DNA of 64,000 nt from Diadema antillarum (taxonomy: Eukaryota), in contig NW_027271045.1 in assembly GCF_040938485.1 (NCBI RefSeq), positions 868,001-932,000 of the forward strand. Reading direction: 5' to 3'. Position 1 is the first letter of the stretch. Every line of letters begins with the position of its first letter. Made by a program: the position numbers and the translations under genes. The notes beneath the pieces are model-generated. The model did not search any database. It saw only the letters and a program-made list of their open reading frames with translations, and had not been told where the DNA came from. Shown here one piece after another: positions 39,160-51,972 of this stretch.

Positions 39160-39401
39160 CAATTTCCATCAGCAGTCTTCCCAATCCTCCTCTGCTGCCT
39201 CTTCCGTTTGGCCTCCTCCTTTTCCTTCTCTGCGATCTCCCTCTTTCTCTCTCTCCTCTCAATAATTTTGGTGACGGCATGGGATACACTGCCTCCAGCA
39301 GCTCTAAGGCCAAGCCTGGACTCCACCATGTCATACCCCATGGACATTAGCTGCATCAGTTTATTCTCATCTACTTGTAGTGATGTTAAGATACTCTCAG
39401 C
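39160..39401 (-). CDS. NUB1: NUB1 coding exon 9 (first UBA domain, coiled coil); last exon found, gene 3'-incomplete in my model
   Basis: ttctaaag|GCT; AESILTSLQVDENKLMQLMSMGYDMVESRLGLRAAGGSVSHAVTKIIERR...RRIGKTADGN; TG|gtgagt. 242 nt, phase 0->2. UBA MGY motif and RLGLRA match NUB1. Confidence 0.9.
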
Positions 39402-40794
39402 CTTTAGAAACAATGTCAGTTGGGTGTGATATAAGAATATAGCAGCATCAGTATGACATGAAATTAAATATACAGGGTAGATAATCAGCACAGGCAAATA
39501 TCAATGAAAGAGATGAAAGCGAATTGCCAGCAAGAGTTCATCCAACTAACACATGTATTATATTGGTTCTATTTTTTGGTGATTTGAAAAAAAAAAAAAG
39601 TGTATACATGTATCTACACACCAACTCCACAATCAAATGCAAGGTCTGACCAGACATTCTATACTTTGCTTCTGCAGGATTTATCCATGATGAGAACTAC
39701 ACCATATCAATTAACAGTAATTATTGCTTCAGGTTAAAACAAGGATTTTTGTCACAAAGATAATGAAAAAAATTAATGTACTAGTAGACTACATTCATCT
39801 TGATTAGAAATACAGTGTAATACCAACACACCAAAATGAAAAGGTGATATTTCTTAACTGAGAATGCAACAGTGGTTTTAAAAAAAAAAGTGTTTTTTTT
39901 TTCCTGATTCAGTATGACAGGAATATTAAGGTTATGTGGAATAAAGAATACTGTTTATTATAACAACAGTTCACTTTATAGCAATCTATGTTTTTCTTTG
40001 TGAGTCTAAAAAGTAATAAATTCAGCAAGGATAGATAATGAAACTTGGAGACACTCCAGCAAACTATGCATGTCTGAGTATTACAGACATAATTTGCAAT
40101 AAAAATTAAATCTTCAATCGTCTTGAAGTAGAAGTTCAGTGCTGCTGTCGACTCAATGTACATAAATAAACAACCACATGCTAAAAACAAACAAACAAAC
40201 AAACAAACAAACAAACAAACCATGTATCACCAAAGGCAATTGTCCAATACAGTAGGAATAGTCCACATGATTGTTTACTGTGGAGTCAACTTTTGCTGCT
40301 TCATAATACAATATACAATGTGAGTAACAATCATAATATCGGCTGGCTTCTCACATCAAGATACAAAAGAAAATTGTCCTTTGTAGAGTAATACTTTGAT
40401 AGTCTGAACAGTTATTCAACTTAGTAGTGTTAGCTTTGGCAATATACAAGGGAAACTCAATAAACCAAAACTCTCATTGACATAAGATCTATATCAGAAA
40501 ATTTCTTCTGACCTGATGTTTCTCCCCTACAAGGAAATGTATTATGCTGCTCTTAGAGTGAGACCCGCTGTAAGGAAATAACACCTCGTCCACAATTTTA
40601 TAGTAGCTGTATGGTACAACACAGTGCTCAATCTAGCCAGTGTATGATCCATATTTTTTTTTTGTTATTTTTTTGAACTGCAGAATTAAATAACGCACCG
40701 TTGTTCCTCACAATAAAATTAAGTGCCTTTACCCACAAACACACACATGCATGTGGCATTAAGCTCTCGTATGCTATACCCATTCCAAAGAGAT

Positions 40795-41107
40795 TTTTTT
40801 CTCATCGGTAACTTGTCGGAAGCAAAGTTATTTGCTTCTGGCCACCAACCAAAGTGTATTGGATCACAGTCTCATGAATGGAACTTGTGTTGGTAGACTA
40901 GCAGGTCAGTATCAGACATGATGGGCGATGGATGATCCGATGAGGCAAGATCGTCCAATGAGGAATCAAGCACGGCATGTCTGACACTGACCTGACAGTC
41001 AACCAACACAAGTTTGATTCATCAGATTGTGCACATGATCTGATCCACTTTGGTTGGTGGCGAGACGCAACAAACTTTGCTTCTGATGACTGACCGATGA
41101 GAAATAA
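40795..41107. repeat. Diverged inverted repeat (about 75-bp arms), probable decayed MITE
   Basis: The reverse complement of 40795-40870 (cactttggttggtggccagaagc...ctttgcttccgacaagttaccgatgaga) matches 41045-41107 (cactttggttggtggcgagacgc...ctttgcttctgatgactgaccgatgaga). Confidence 0.7.
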
Positions 41108-41620
41108 GTTTCTGTGGAATGGGGGTACTAGTCATCACTAACATTTCACCACATACATGCACAAAATGTTCCACATCCATCCACTGTCCACAGTATACAC
41201 CCAAACTTTGGAAACGATGATATGACTGTGTGAATGACATACACTGCTCATTTAATTAATCTTTTATCCAACAAATTGGAACATGTATTGTGGATTCTGT
41301 TGTTTTTTCTGTGAATGACAACAAAATTATGTTTACATTCAAAACGAGACTCATATTCTGCAGCACTGCAGGTTCAGCACTGAAGTCATGCTATTTTACA
41401 TGATATATATCTGTACATTGTACTAGTAGTCCAAACACATATTGGTATAATATTTGAGCAATGCACTTTGTGCTTACTGATATAAAAAGGTACATGTGGG
41501 CTTTAATGAGGAAAATGGCTGAGGTCTGACCTCCTTGTTATATTGAGTTTCCCCTGTATTCTATGATGCCTTTCAATAAATTTTACAGAGTCTTGGAAAA
41601 TAAGATAAATGTTAACCTAC

Positions 41621-41677
41621 TTTATTCAGAAGCGTTCCTGCTTGTAGTTTATTGTTTTTCAGAGCTGCAACTATGCC
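41621..41677 (-). CDS. NUB1: NUB1 coding exon 8 (57-nt small exon)
   Basis: atttcttttcag|GGC; GIVAALKNNKLQAGTLLNK; AAA|gtaggt. Phase 0->0. Fills the 19-aa gap corresponding to human GIRNYHSGNDVEAYEYLNK. Confidence 0.82.
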
Positions 41678-42019
41678 CTGAAAAGAAATTAACAAAGACT
41701 GAATGCACAGTGACACATGGCAAAACAACATTTTTAATGAAAATCAAAAGTACAACTGTTGTTCTTTTGGTGGGGGAGGGGGGGGGGGGGGGGTAAATAT
41801 AAGATCTACTTATTATAGCATAAATTCTATTACAGGGGATGTACTTAAATCATATTAAATCAAAAGCAAACAAATCAATTATGGGTATTAATTCAAACGA
41901 TATATTATGCAGGAAGAGTTAAAACGCAGAAAGTTTATATTCAGCCCTCATGTATTATGACAGAATATCCCACGTTAGCGGCATAGAGTTGAATTTTAGA
42001 CAAAAAAAAAAGAAACAGC

Positions 42020-43351
42020 TTAAAGGAGAAAGGGTTGTGGTAACACCATGTGTTCTTAGTCCTCACAGGGAATATTGCCTAGAAGAGCCTAGAAAGAGGA
42101 GAGTTGCGGAGGGAAGCGAAATGGGGGGGAGTATAAGGAAGACAGATGGTGATAATTGAGGGGAAGCAGTGAGGTTGAAGTTGAAGTTGCACTAGTGGAG
42201 ACAGGAGAAAAGGGGACAGGAAAGAAGAATAAAATGAAAATCAGGTAAAGGGTTTGGAAGTCATTGGGAGGAGAAAGGTGAAAACAGGAAAAAGGTGAAA
42301 GAGGGAGAAGATGAAGGTTGGAAAATCATGGAGATAGGAGAGAGAAGTGAAGTTTCACAAAACCAAGGGAGAAAAACGAAGCCTGTGAATGATAAGAACT
42401 ATTGAAGGAATGCAAAATCAAAACAACAAAAAAGGAATACACACATTTCTCTGAGGTTTTAATGTATTCTTATTCTTGCTCTCTCTGAACTAGTGTTTTT
42501 GCTCACTCATTTTCATTCCACTTTTTTCTTTCTCTTAAACTGTAGTCTGATTCTCCTCCACTTATCTCTTTCCTCCTTTTATTTCTTGCTTTCCTTACAA
42601 ACAACAGTCCGTTTCAGGACCATCTCAACATTGCTTATGTTTCTTTGCAAGATTATATCTCAGTGCTTTCTCCCCCTTAGGACTACATTTTTAAAACTTT
42701 ACATTCTCTCCAATTCCCTTCTTCCACCAGAATCTTAACTTCAGGACTTAACTTTTAATTATTATTTCTCTCCCCCACAGCAATCTTTTCTATGATGCAC
42801 TCAACCCCTCCCCTTCACTTTATTATGTTTCATTCCTCTTTTTCTTTCCTTTCTCTTACTCTATAGTCTCATTTCTCCTCGACTTACCTCCTTCCTTCCC
42901 GATTTATTCCTCTTTTTATCGTTTGATTCCGCGTTCCATAACCCACATCGTTCACTGGCTTCATTTCTCTCCCTTGGTTTCATGAAACTTCACTTCTCTC
43001 TCTTTAATATCTCCATGATTTTCTAACCTTCAACTTCTTTGTCTAATTCTCCCTCCTTTCTGTTTCATCTTACTCCTGTCAATGATTTCCGAAGCCTTTA
43101 CCTGATTTTCGCTCCATTCTTTCTTATGACTCGCTCTGTTCCCTTTTTCTCCTGTCTCCAGTACGGTAACTTCAACTTCCAGCTCAATGTTGCCCCTCAA
43201 TTGTCACTATTTGCCTGCCTTCCCTATATTCTCCAAATGTCACTTTCTTCCTCAAGTCTCCTCTTTCTATAGACTCTTCTCCTGCCAAGCAATAGTCCCT
43301 GGATGGACTATGTACACATGGTGTTACTGCAAACCTCTCTTCCTCATTTAA
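42020..43351. mobile_element. TTAA-bounded fold-back element with about 370-bp diverged inverted arms (Kolobok-like)
   Basis: Left TTAAAGGAGAAAGGGTTGTGGTAACACCATGT; right end ACATGGTGTTACTGCAAACCTCTCTTCCTCATTTAA. The purine-rich arm at about 42020-42390 matches the reverse complement of about 42950-43351. Confidence 0.75.
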
Positions 43352-43665
43352 TTCATCACACAAACCTTCAAGCATCACAAAATAGGTTAAACATGGGTCA
43401 GTGGCAAGAACCACAAAAATTTCCCAATCTAGCTAGGTATCCTTTACTGTGGTATTTCATTAACATGACATGTTGGATACTCGTCAGAAACAAATATTCA
43501 CCACATGATAGGTTCATTAATGCAGAATTTAAGGGAACTTGCTATTCAAAAATACAATATGGGATTTTTTATTCAGATAGTATAACATGGCAACATTATT
43601 GAACTGAATCAGTTTTCACAAAAGTGCATAATACAAATGAATTGGTCCCTGCATGTGTCACTCAC

Positions 43666-43793
43666 CAGTAAGAGGTAGAGCCGGACGTAGAGTGCAAGCT
43701 CTGTGCTGCTGTCACCTTTTAGTGCTGTGAGGCGCTCCATGTTCTCTCCATAGCTCCTCTTGAAACAATCCTCACAAGTTTGCAGTCTGGACT
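43666..43793 (-). CDS. NUB1: NUB1 coding exon 7
   Basis: tctgacag|AG; SRLQTCEDCFKRSYGENMERLTALKGDSSTELALYVRLYLLL (cf. human CFKNCYGENHQRLVHIKG...LFLRLYLLQ); CTG|gtgagt. 128 nt, phase 1->0. Confidence 0.92.
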
Positions 43794-45177
43794 CTGTCAG
43801 ATAAACACCATCCACATCAGTAAATAAAATATGATTTCTTTTTCCTTTGTAGGTCTACACAACCATGTGAATCTATCAAAACAATAGTTTTATACTTTCA
43901 TGCTTGCTGCTGACTTCTATAATTTTGACATAACTATGTCATGTTTTCCTAGTGAGTGCATCCCACAGCAATTGAAACTTGTAAGCTATGCACTGAGAAA
44001 GAAAGACACACAGATCACCTTTTGTGCAAAGTGGCAGACAAGATTGGTGTGCACATCTCAGCATAACATATTGAGCTCCCCCACTTTGTTGAGGGGTCCA
44101 TGCCCCAAGCCACTCAACACTAAATGTCAAACAACTCATATGCTGCTGCAGCTCACAGTGGTCAATTCCTCCTCTTCCACCCCGTGACCCCATCATCTAA
44201 AAGACAAAGCATCACTTGCATTCATTAAAAACAGACAAACAAACAATGTATTCTGATATTCAACTGATCAATCCTCCTGTATGATTGATGTCTTTCAATG
44301 ATGTTTATAACCTACGCCCACATTCCAAGGAACACTCACATCTGCAAAGACTACGCACATGACATTTCTCCAGCAGATGTATACGGCTACGCCTCCAAGC
44401 AATACTAATACATGACTGAAGATCATTTCATCAACGCAAAACAGAATTCAGATTTTACTTGTTATGCTAGTAAACTGCAGGAGCCACCCACAAAACTTTG
44501 AAGCCCTAAACTTTGGCTTACAGTCATTCTAACGTTTGCTACACATAGAATTTCATATCATTTGATCAACATAAACCTGGTTAAATTACAGTCTTCTTTG
44601 AACCTTGTAGGCCTAATAATATTGTTTTCATTATCGATGAACAGAAGTGCAGGAGAGGTGGCCATGTAAGTAACTACATTCATATGAAGAGATATTACTT
44701 TTAAAGGGAAATTCCATCGAAAAAATGTTTTGGTATAAGCACTAGTACAATATGCCAACATTTTTGCACAATGACATGATGCAATCTAAGCATTTACAAT
44801 ACATATTTGTATCTCACCTATTTACCATATGTCTTTATTACAATAACAGTGTTTTCTAAAGGTATAACATTGTAATCTTTTGCGAAAATTATCATGATTT
44901 ACACACAACCGCAATGGCAGTAGTGTTGTTTGGGTGAAATTTTTGATTTCTTTCTTTGTGCATCCATGCATTCTTTACAAACAAATCATCCATTAATTCA
45001 AGTTCATGTACAGTGCAGATACTGTAATAATGGAAAAGAGTACAGAAGCTTGAGAGTGAGCCCATTGTATTTATTTCTACTCTAGCATGGAAATATGATC
45101 TTTACAATACTTATTGTTCTGTAGTGTCCTAATCAGCTACATTCTAGACTATATCAATATGTCACAGACATTCTCAC

Positions 45178-45287
45178 CTGCATCTGGCAATTGTTCCACA
45201 TTTTGTAGGCAAAGGTAGCACCAGACGATATCAAGACACAACACAGCATAGTTATCAACTGCTTGCAGAATTTCAGATCGACATTGC
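45178..45287 (-). CDS. NUB1: NUB1 coding exon 6
   Basis: catgaag|G; QCRSEILQAVDNYAVLCLDIVWCYLCLQNVEQLPDA (cf. human VDNYAVLQLDIVWCYF); G|gtgaga. 110 nt, phase 2->1. Confidence 0.92.
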
Positions 45288-45382
45288 CTTCATGAAACAA
45301 AGACAAGAACAACAATGGGAAAGAAAGAATTAGAAACATCATGTCAAAAAGACTGCAGACCACTTCCTGAGTTACTACTTAA

Positions 45383-45765
45383 AGGGATCGTATAGTTCTG
45401 GTTGAGACCTAATTTCAGATTTCTAACATTTGTTGGTGAGATAATGAGAAACCTCTTGTGAAATATGAAAAAGCATGTAATTCTACGAGGAATTCATCAT
45501 TTATTTGATGAAAATTGGTTTCAAAATGGCTGAGATATCCAAAAAGAGCGATTCTAATAAAGTGTGGGACCCACACTTTATTACGATTACTTTGTTTTAC
45601 TTTGTTTTTGGATGTTTCAGTAATTCCAAACCCGATTTTCATCAAACTTCGAATTCCTCTTAAAATGGTATGCTCTGTACTACATGTGTATCATCAGTGT
45701 TTTCTTGGTATCTCACAAAAAGTTAAAAGCCCAATTCTCATCTCCACCAATACTGTACCATCCCT
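45383..45765. mobile_element. Kolobok-like MITE, same family as 7494-7873, in a NUB1 intron
   Basis: TTAA|AGGGATCGTATAG...CTGTACCATCCCT|TTAA. Shares internal blocks (gagataatgagaaacc, gtgggacccac, aaagcccaattctcatctccacc). Confidence 0.8.
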
Positions 45766-46612
45766 TTAATATATATTTCCTGAAAAAAATTACTGATTTA
45801 GTCTACTCAGTATATGTTTTGCTCTCTGTATTTGGTGTATATGAGAGTCAGAGATAATTATAATGTGCTCATAAGTAAACAATGGAAACAAATAAATCTG
45901 CAGGGTTCCTATGGGAGTAGTATTTTCATGTAAGCTTTTAGCATCCACACACTTGACCTAATATGCACAATACCAGGTAGAAAATGCCTACAAGGTGGAA
46001 AATTCTGAAGTGTTAACAAGTGCCTTGCACCTCTTCTATAATATGAGCTGCATGACATTCTGACACTTGACAATTAATTCAAGTGGGCGATATTTGAGTT
46101 TCACTCTTGTACATTTACAAGCAGTGTTCTGTGCTACAGGCCTTTCCAATGTCCAGTTAGTTTATTCTGCATGTCACAGTTGGCCCGTGTCACATCCATG
46201 TTACATATCTGGAAGTTCTTGAAGTTCTATAAGTTTTGTAGGCATCATGTGTAGCCATGAAGTGCGTGTTATATTACCAACACATTTACTTATGATATTG
46301 GTAAACAAGGGCCAAAACTGGCATTCTGTTTTCTCTCTGGTTATGTCACTAAGAAACTTTCTCTTAGCTTCAGCTAAAGCAAATATGTTTTTAGCTTTAT
46401 TTTTTGTTTGTTGTTGTTGTTGTTGTTTTGGGGTGGGGAGGGCAGTGGCCTACATTTGAAGTTTCATGTAGGTATTATGTGTATGGGTACCTAAGAACTC
46501 CAAAAAAAAAAAAAAAAAAGGTTTGTAATTCCTCAGGTTCTATAGTCTGAAAATGAAATACGGTTCGTTAATCCGAAAAAGAAAAAAGAAAAGGTGCATA
46601 TTATAGGACCTA

Positions 46613-46714
46613 TGGAATAACAAACCTTATTGCATTTTCAGATTAAAGAACCTTGGAATAACAAACCTTATTGCATTTTCAGATTATTTAAAGAACCTAG
46701 GAATAACCTTATTT
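46613..46714. repeat. About 40-bp tandem duplication (2.5 copies)
   Basis: ggaataacaaaccttattgcattttcagatta...aagaacct repeated. Confidence 0.8.
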
Positions 46715-46885
46715 CATATTTTTTACAAACTTTCGGAGCAACGTGCCTTCGGAATAATGAATCTTTGGCATGATAAACTGTAACCATACTTTTACAGTCA
46801 CTGTCAGTCACAAAGGACCAAACAGTTTCAATATTTCTTTTTCCGTATATTTGATGCAAAAGCATCTCCTGAATTCTATACTGAC

Positions 46886-47084
46886 TTGAAAGCTTGGTCA
46901 GCTTCCAGCAGGATGAGCAGAGCTTCTCCATATTGCTTTCGTTTCAGGCATGCCCGCCCCTTCTCATTAAGTGTGAGGGCAACAGACAGGGCTTGGCGCT
47001 CTTCGTCAGGCAGCTTGATAGGCCGTCCTGTTTGGTCAGCAATCTGAAGAAAGTATCGGTCATCTTCTCTACCAATTCTGTCTT
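46886..47084 (-). CDS. NUB1: NUB1 coding exon 5
   Basis: ttcttgtag|AA; DRYFLQIADQTGRPIKLPDEERQALSVALTLNEKGRACLKRKQYGEALLILLEADQAF (cf. human [41 protein letters not shown]); AA|gtcagt. 199 nt, phase 1->2. Confidence 0.92.
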
Positions 47085-47144
47085 CTACAAGAAAATAGAT
47101 ATATTAAAATAAATGGATAAATAAATAAATATATATTATATATG

Positions 47145-47176
<32 letters not shown>

Positions 47177-48713
47177 CTTCTCATTCCAGTACAACTGAAT
47201 ATAACTATATTTGACATAAGAGTACAAGTACTGTAAAACCAGAAATATACAGCACAAAATTTTAGCGAATTGCCACTAGCACTCAATATATCAGCATAAG
47301 TATACAGAGCTTTATCTATAATTTGTGGATGCAGTTACTCCTAAACTCAAACTGCCCATTCAAAGATATTGATATTTCATGAAATTGCAAATAGGGTTTA
47401 AGCCAGCCTAGTTATTACAATTCCCGACCTTACGAAAAAGACTTGTGCAACATCAAGCGAGGAGAATACCATTCTCCTTTCTATTTTGGAAACCTACTGA
47501 AACTCGCTGAACATGCCTGATACTTGTGATGTCACTGAATGGAATCAGAAAGCAAAAGCAGACTGTGTCCTATAGACAATGCACAGGTTCAACGGTGTAT
47601 AACTGTCCTTCTTGTTGAGCGTTTTATTGGTATTTACACGCAGCAAGGATAAAATGCCATACCAATGCAAAGTGAATCTAACACTTTTCTGTGTCATTTG
47701 AATGATCTGCTTTAAAAACATTAACAGTAACACCAATATTTCAAATAGGTGAATTCCATATCACTCAGGCACTTGCCCACTCTGAACACTTCAGCAAAAG
47801 TCACTGTCAGCATTTGCTTGGCCTTGCTACTGTTTGAGTTATGCATTCAGCCGCACTGCCACGCTGGGTGGTTTGCTGTTCACTCAGGTTTAGCATTGTT
47901 AGACAGGCTTTTTAAACTAAAAAAATGCAATGGTCCTTGTGTTCTAAAATCATAGATATGCCTTTTGAGTGATGGTCTTCAAGCCAGGCACTGGCATAGT
48001 AGTGTTCTGAGCCACCTTTTCTTTAGAAGTATATCACAATTAGCATAATTAGCGAAGCAATTCAAACTCTTCTTCAGCAGCAATGCATGCACTTCTGATT
48101 TGTGTTTTAGCTGTGACACGTCGTCTGCTGCGGTTAGATTGGTACATTTTATGACATCAGTCCAACCTTTGCCAAATTCTACCGATTTCATCTGAAGTGC
48201 TTGAATTACAACAGACATCGTATGAATTTTCTCTTTGTTCTTGTTGCATCCCCCGTTGTGGAACGAGCAAAGTCTTACATTTCGTCCTTTCCAAGATTCT
48301 CGTATAAACACAGCATATAAATTTGTGCCAAATGGTAATTTTCTTTGAATTTTTACTTTAATTTACAAAGTATTGTCTCTTGATTAGGTATCTGCAATAC
48401 AGATAGTTGTGTATATTTGGGATATTGGTATACCTAATGTTCAGTAAAGATTTTCACTAGATAATGGACACTACACAAGACAATAAAACTATGGGCATTA
48501 AGTGCCATTTGTCTCTTGTTCAAACTTGTCATTATTGTAACTGTTTTAAACAGATGTTTGAGATTAAACTTCTGATGATATTAGATTAAAGTGACTTGGC
48601 ATAAATCTCCATTAGGCCTAATGCCTCTGCTTCATTGCTCTATGTTTCCATTAGGAAGCATATTAATCTCTTTAGACTGCATTCTTCACACTAAGAGTGC
48701 AGGCTACGCCAAC

Positions 48714-48828
48714 CTGTGTTTCTTTTGGCAAGAATCTTGGCTGCTTCTTTGGTTCTTTCCAGACGATTCCGCTGGTCTTCCTGCTTTCTTGCCTCAACTT
48801 CACTTTGGGACAGACAAATCACCATCAC
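48714..48828 (-). CDS. NUB1: NUB1 coding exon 4
   Basis: gtttag|GTG; VMVICLSQSEVEARKQEDQRNRLERTKEAAKILAKRNT (cf. human QIQRTKRGLEILAKR); G|gttggc. 115 nt, phase 0->1. Confidence 0.87.
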
Positions 48829-49481
48829 CTAAACATTGGGCAAGGAAAAAAGGAGTAGTTTAAATGCCACAGCAAATGATTTTAATTGTAAAGTGTATGT
48901 AATATTTGGATCATCCAAATATACATGCATTATGAAGAACAAGAGAAGCAAGGCTTTATCTCTCTCAGTATTTAGTTACTTGTGAACTGGGAGTCAACAT
49001 TTTCTTTTAATACTGAATGTTAGGGGACTTTATCTTTGAAGTTTTCAGGCATTTGGATGCATGGCAAGGTTTTTCAAGCTAGAATCAAATTTATGCACAC
49101 CATGTTTATCATGATGACATCATTCCAATATCATGGTGTACAGTACTATAGTCATATGAGAAGAAAGGTTTTTGGTAGCCTTTTAGCAGAAAACCCCACA
49201 ATAAATCTTCACACTGACAAATAGCAATACTAGGGTACATTAATATAGCGCTGTGACAAAAAAACAAAACAAAAAAAACCCTCTTTTTTCATGATTCTGC
49301 AATCCATTTAGTCTTTGTAAAGGAGTTTCTAGGTTTCTGTGCGTGATGGGAAGATAGCCCATTTGTAACAAAATTGATAATTCTCCTTCGAAACGATAAG
49401 TCAGCTATGAGAATAAGATATCTGAGGCCAGCAACAGCTTGCTATGCCATTCATCATGGCTTCTGTGTGTTTAGAACTAAC

Positions 49482-49593
49482 CTGAGAATTTGGGCCAAGA
49501 CCTTGCTCTCTGAGATTCTTCCCATCATCAAGGACACGTCCACAACTAATTAGCTTCAGGTGATCCATACCAACAGAAGTTTGGGCAGATATC
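49482..49593 (-). CDS. NUB1: NUB1 coding exon 3 (ubiquitin-like domain)
   Basis: atatag|G; ISAQTSVGMDHLKLISCGRVLDDGKNLREQGLGPNSQ (UBL-type LKLI..G..L....L.EQG); CAG|gttagt. 112 nt, phase 2->0. Confidence 0.87.
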
Positions 49594-50029
49594 CTATATG
49601 TTGAAATAAATGAGGATGAAATATTTCAAATCCAATCTAACTTATTACATAATGGTTATACAGACATTGATAACATGTAATATAACTTCTGATAACAGCA
49701 ACAGCTAATTGAATATATAGCAACATTATTGCTTGCTGAATCATTCTGCATTTTATAGGCAGGACAGCTTGGCCTTTCTGACACATAGTAAATAAGGCCA
49801 GTTTACTGACAATCAATAATACCAAATATGACATCTCCCTACCACTCTGAGAGCATTGTTCAATTGTTAGAAGTTTTAAACTGGACTGGAAAAGTATAAT
49901 TCTTTCTCACATGTGCATCTCTGTAATATGTTTGCTCTTAAGATCGACAACAATAAGGAAGTACTACAATCCCATCCACCCCCCAAAACAAACAAACAAA
50001 CAAAATAAAACAACAACAACAACAAACAA

Positions 50030-50638
50030 AACAGTCGCTATGGCGACTGCAATGCCTCTGCCATAATGCGTGGTTCTCCCAATAGGTCTAGCGTACGTCT
50101 TGACAATTGCATAAATATTGGGGAAATAGTGAAATTTAAGAATTTGACCTTAACCCCTGACCCTTGATCTTTGACTCCTTACCAAAAAGTCCCAAGTGAA
50201 TTACTGTCAGGCAATACACGCATATGAAGATACCCTGAGCCATCCCTGAGATATAGAGAAAAAGTGAAATTTTAGCACTTTCACTTGACCTTTGACCTCA
50301 TGGCCTGAAACTTTCCTCTTAGAGAATCTTTTTCTCGCAATATGTAATACACCAAGTATCAACAAAATACCTCCAGGCATTGCAGAGATGTGGGAGAAAT
50401 AGCAGAATTGTGTGAATTTGATCTTGACCTTTGACCTTCAGCATGTGCAACCAAAAGTTGATAGGCACAACTTTGTCCACTCCAATACATGCCGTATATC
50501 ATTTTATTTGGATACCTCACAAGATTTGCTGTCCACAAAATTGATTATGGACAGAAGGACAGATGGATCAGCAGACAGACGACCCCAAAACATAATTAGT
50601 GCCTCTGGCAACACTTCGAGGTGGAGGCATAAAAAATA
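50030..50638 (-). mobile_element. HINE, same family as 34265-35579, in a NUB1 intron
   Basis: Plus strand shows GTCGCTATGGCGACTGCAATGCCTCTGCCATAATGC (3' end reversed), TGACCTTTGACC repeats, CAGACAGACGACCCCAAAACATAAT and GGTGGAGGCATAAAAA (5' end reversed). A further 3'-end fragment lies at about 53620-53720. Confidence 0.78.
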
Positions 50639-50661
50639 CAAATTCTATTCTTCATACTTAC

Positions 50662-50897
50662 TGTTCCTTTAGCTCTGAACTGCTGACATCAATTTTGGTC
50701 TCATGCTCAAAGTTACTACAGCGAACACCTTCAGGTATACTGCCTGTCAGCTTTATCTTCAAATTGGCAATACCCTCTTCAAGGAACCTTTGTCGAGCTG
50801 CTAGCTTGTCCAAGGCATGGTGCCGCAGATCCTCTAAAGTCGCCGAAACTATTTCCTTTGGTATTCCAAGTGCCAAGGAGTATTTCTTGATAAGCTC
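50662..50897 (-). CDS. NUB1: NUB1 coding exon 2
   Basis: ctaatag|GAG; ELIKKYSLALGIPKEIVSATLEDLRHHALDKL...GIANLKIKL...VSSSELKE; CA|gtaagt. 236 nt, phase 0->2. Confidence 0.85.
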
Positions 50898-51846
50898 CTA
50901 TTAGAGATCACAAAATTTCACTGTCAAAAAATATTAGCAATATATTGTAGTAGTGTTCTATCTGCATTTAGTACAAATAGGCAAAAGCTATATCATGAAT
51001 TGCATCTGTGTGATGTATAGAATCTACGTTCATTACACTTGAAAAAACAATAATGTGTGAAGAGAGTGTGAGAGCAACTGGGAAAAGGAATATATCCAGA
51101 CTAAGCTGCTTTCACATTGTTTTTTCTTTACCTTTCCTACAAATGCAAATGTATTGTAATGCTGCATTTGGCACATTTGATCTCACTATAAATGACATGT
51201 CTTGGATCTCATTTCACTCTTGATAATCATGGTTCACTAATGGATGAGACTCCTTTTTTTCCTCCCTTATCATCTAACTCTCCCATCTCTCTGTCATTCT
51301 CTACTTTTAACATACACCAGTCATGAGTTTATTCTGTGCTTATTATGTCAATGTTAGTGCAGCGAGGGAAAAAAATGTTTACTGTCATCAAGAAAGACTG
51401 ACAAAGTCATTACATATCAGTACTAATAATACTATTATCACTGCTTTTTCCAGACCCTTGGCTTTCCAATAACACATAATATGCTCTCAATTTATTATTT
51501 TTTCAACCCCACTACTGAAACAAAACAAAAGCTTGCAAAAATATGACAGTTCTGAGAAAATCAGCTTTTAAGAAGTAGTCAAGCATTTGAGAGAAAAGGT
51601 ATTTAAACACAATGCATGAACTCAAAATACTTCAGAATGCCTTAGAAAATCTGAAAGGTTTGCATTTGAAAACATTCTACACTTTCTTATCAAGACAGAA
51701 AGGTAGTTCAATCAGTTAACTAGCATTTTTTTTAAACAAAAACTTTTGATTATTCAGCTTCTCAACTTATTTGATGTATGTGACTGTATCAGAGAAACAT
51801 GGTAAATCGGGTGACATAATGATCCTTCATGCCCATGTATACTTAC

Positions 51847-51972
51847 CTCTGGTATTATGCCTTGTGTTCTGGATTCTGTCGTATATGGAGGTAGCCATAA
51901 CTTGATTTTATCCTCATTCAGTTTCTTACGGAGTGAATCCCGGACCTGCTCATCAGATATATTTGACGCCAT
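51847..51972 (-). CDS. NUB1: NUB1 (negative regulator of ubiquitin-like proteins 1), first coding exon
   Basis: MASNISDEQVRDSLRKKLNEDKIKLWLPPYTTES resembles the human NUB1 N-terminus (LREDRIQLWKPPYT, recalled). Donor GAG|gtaagt. The exon extends 5' as UTR to an acceptor ttctttgcag| at 52013, implying an upstream non-coding exon. Confidence 0.9.

Noticed and set aside
41950-43414. Similar short ORFs (VTPCVLSP / VTPCVHSP) as duplicated genes
   Set aside because: They are the two arms of one inverted-repeat element; frames are not conserved.
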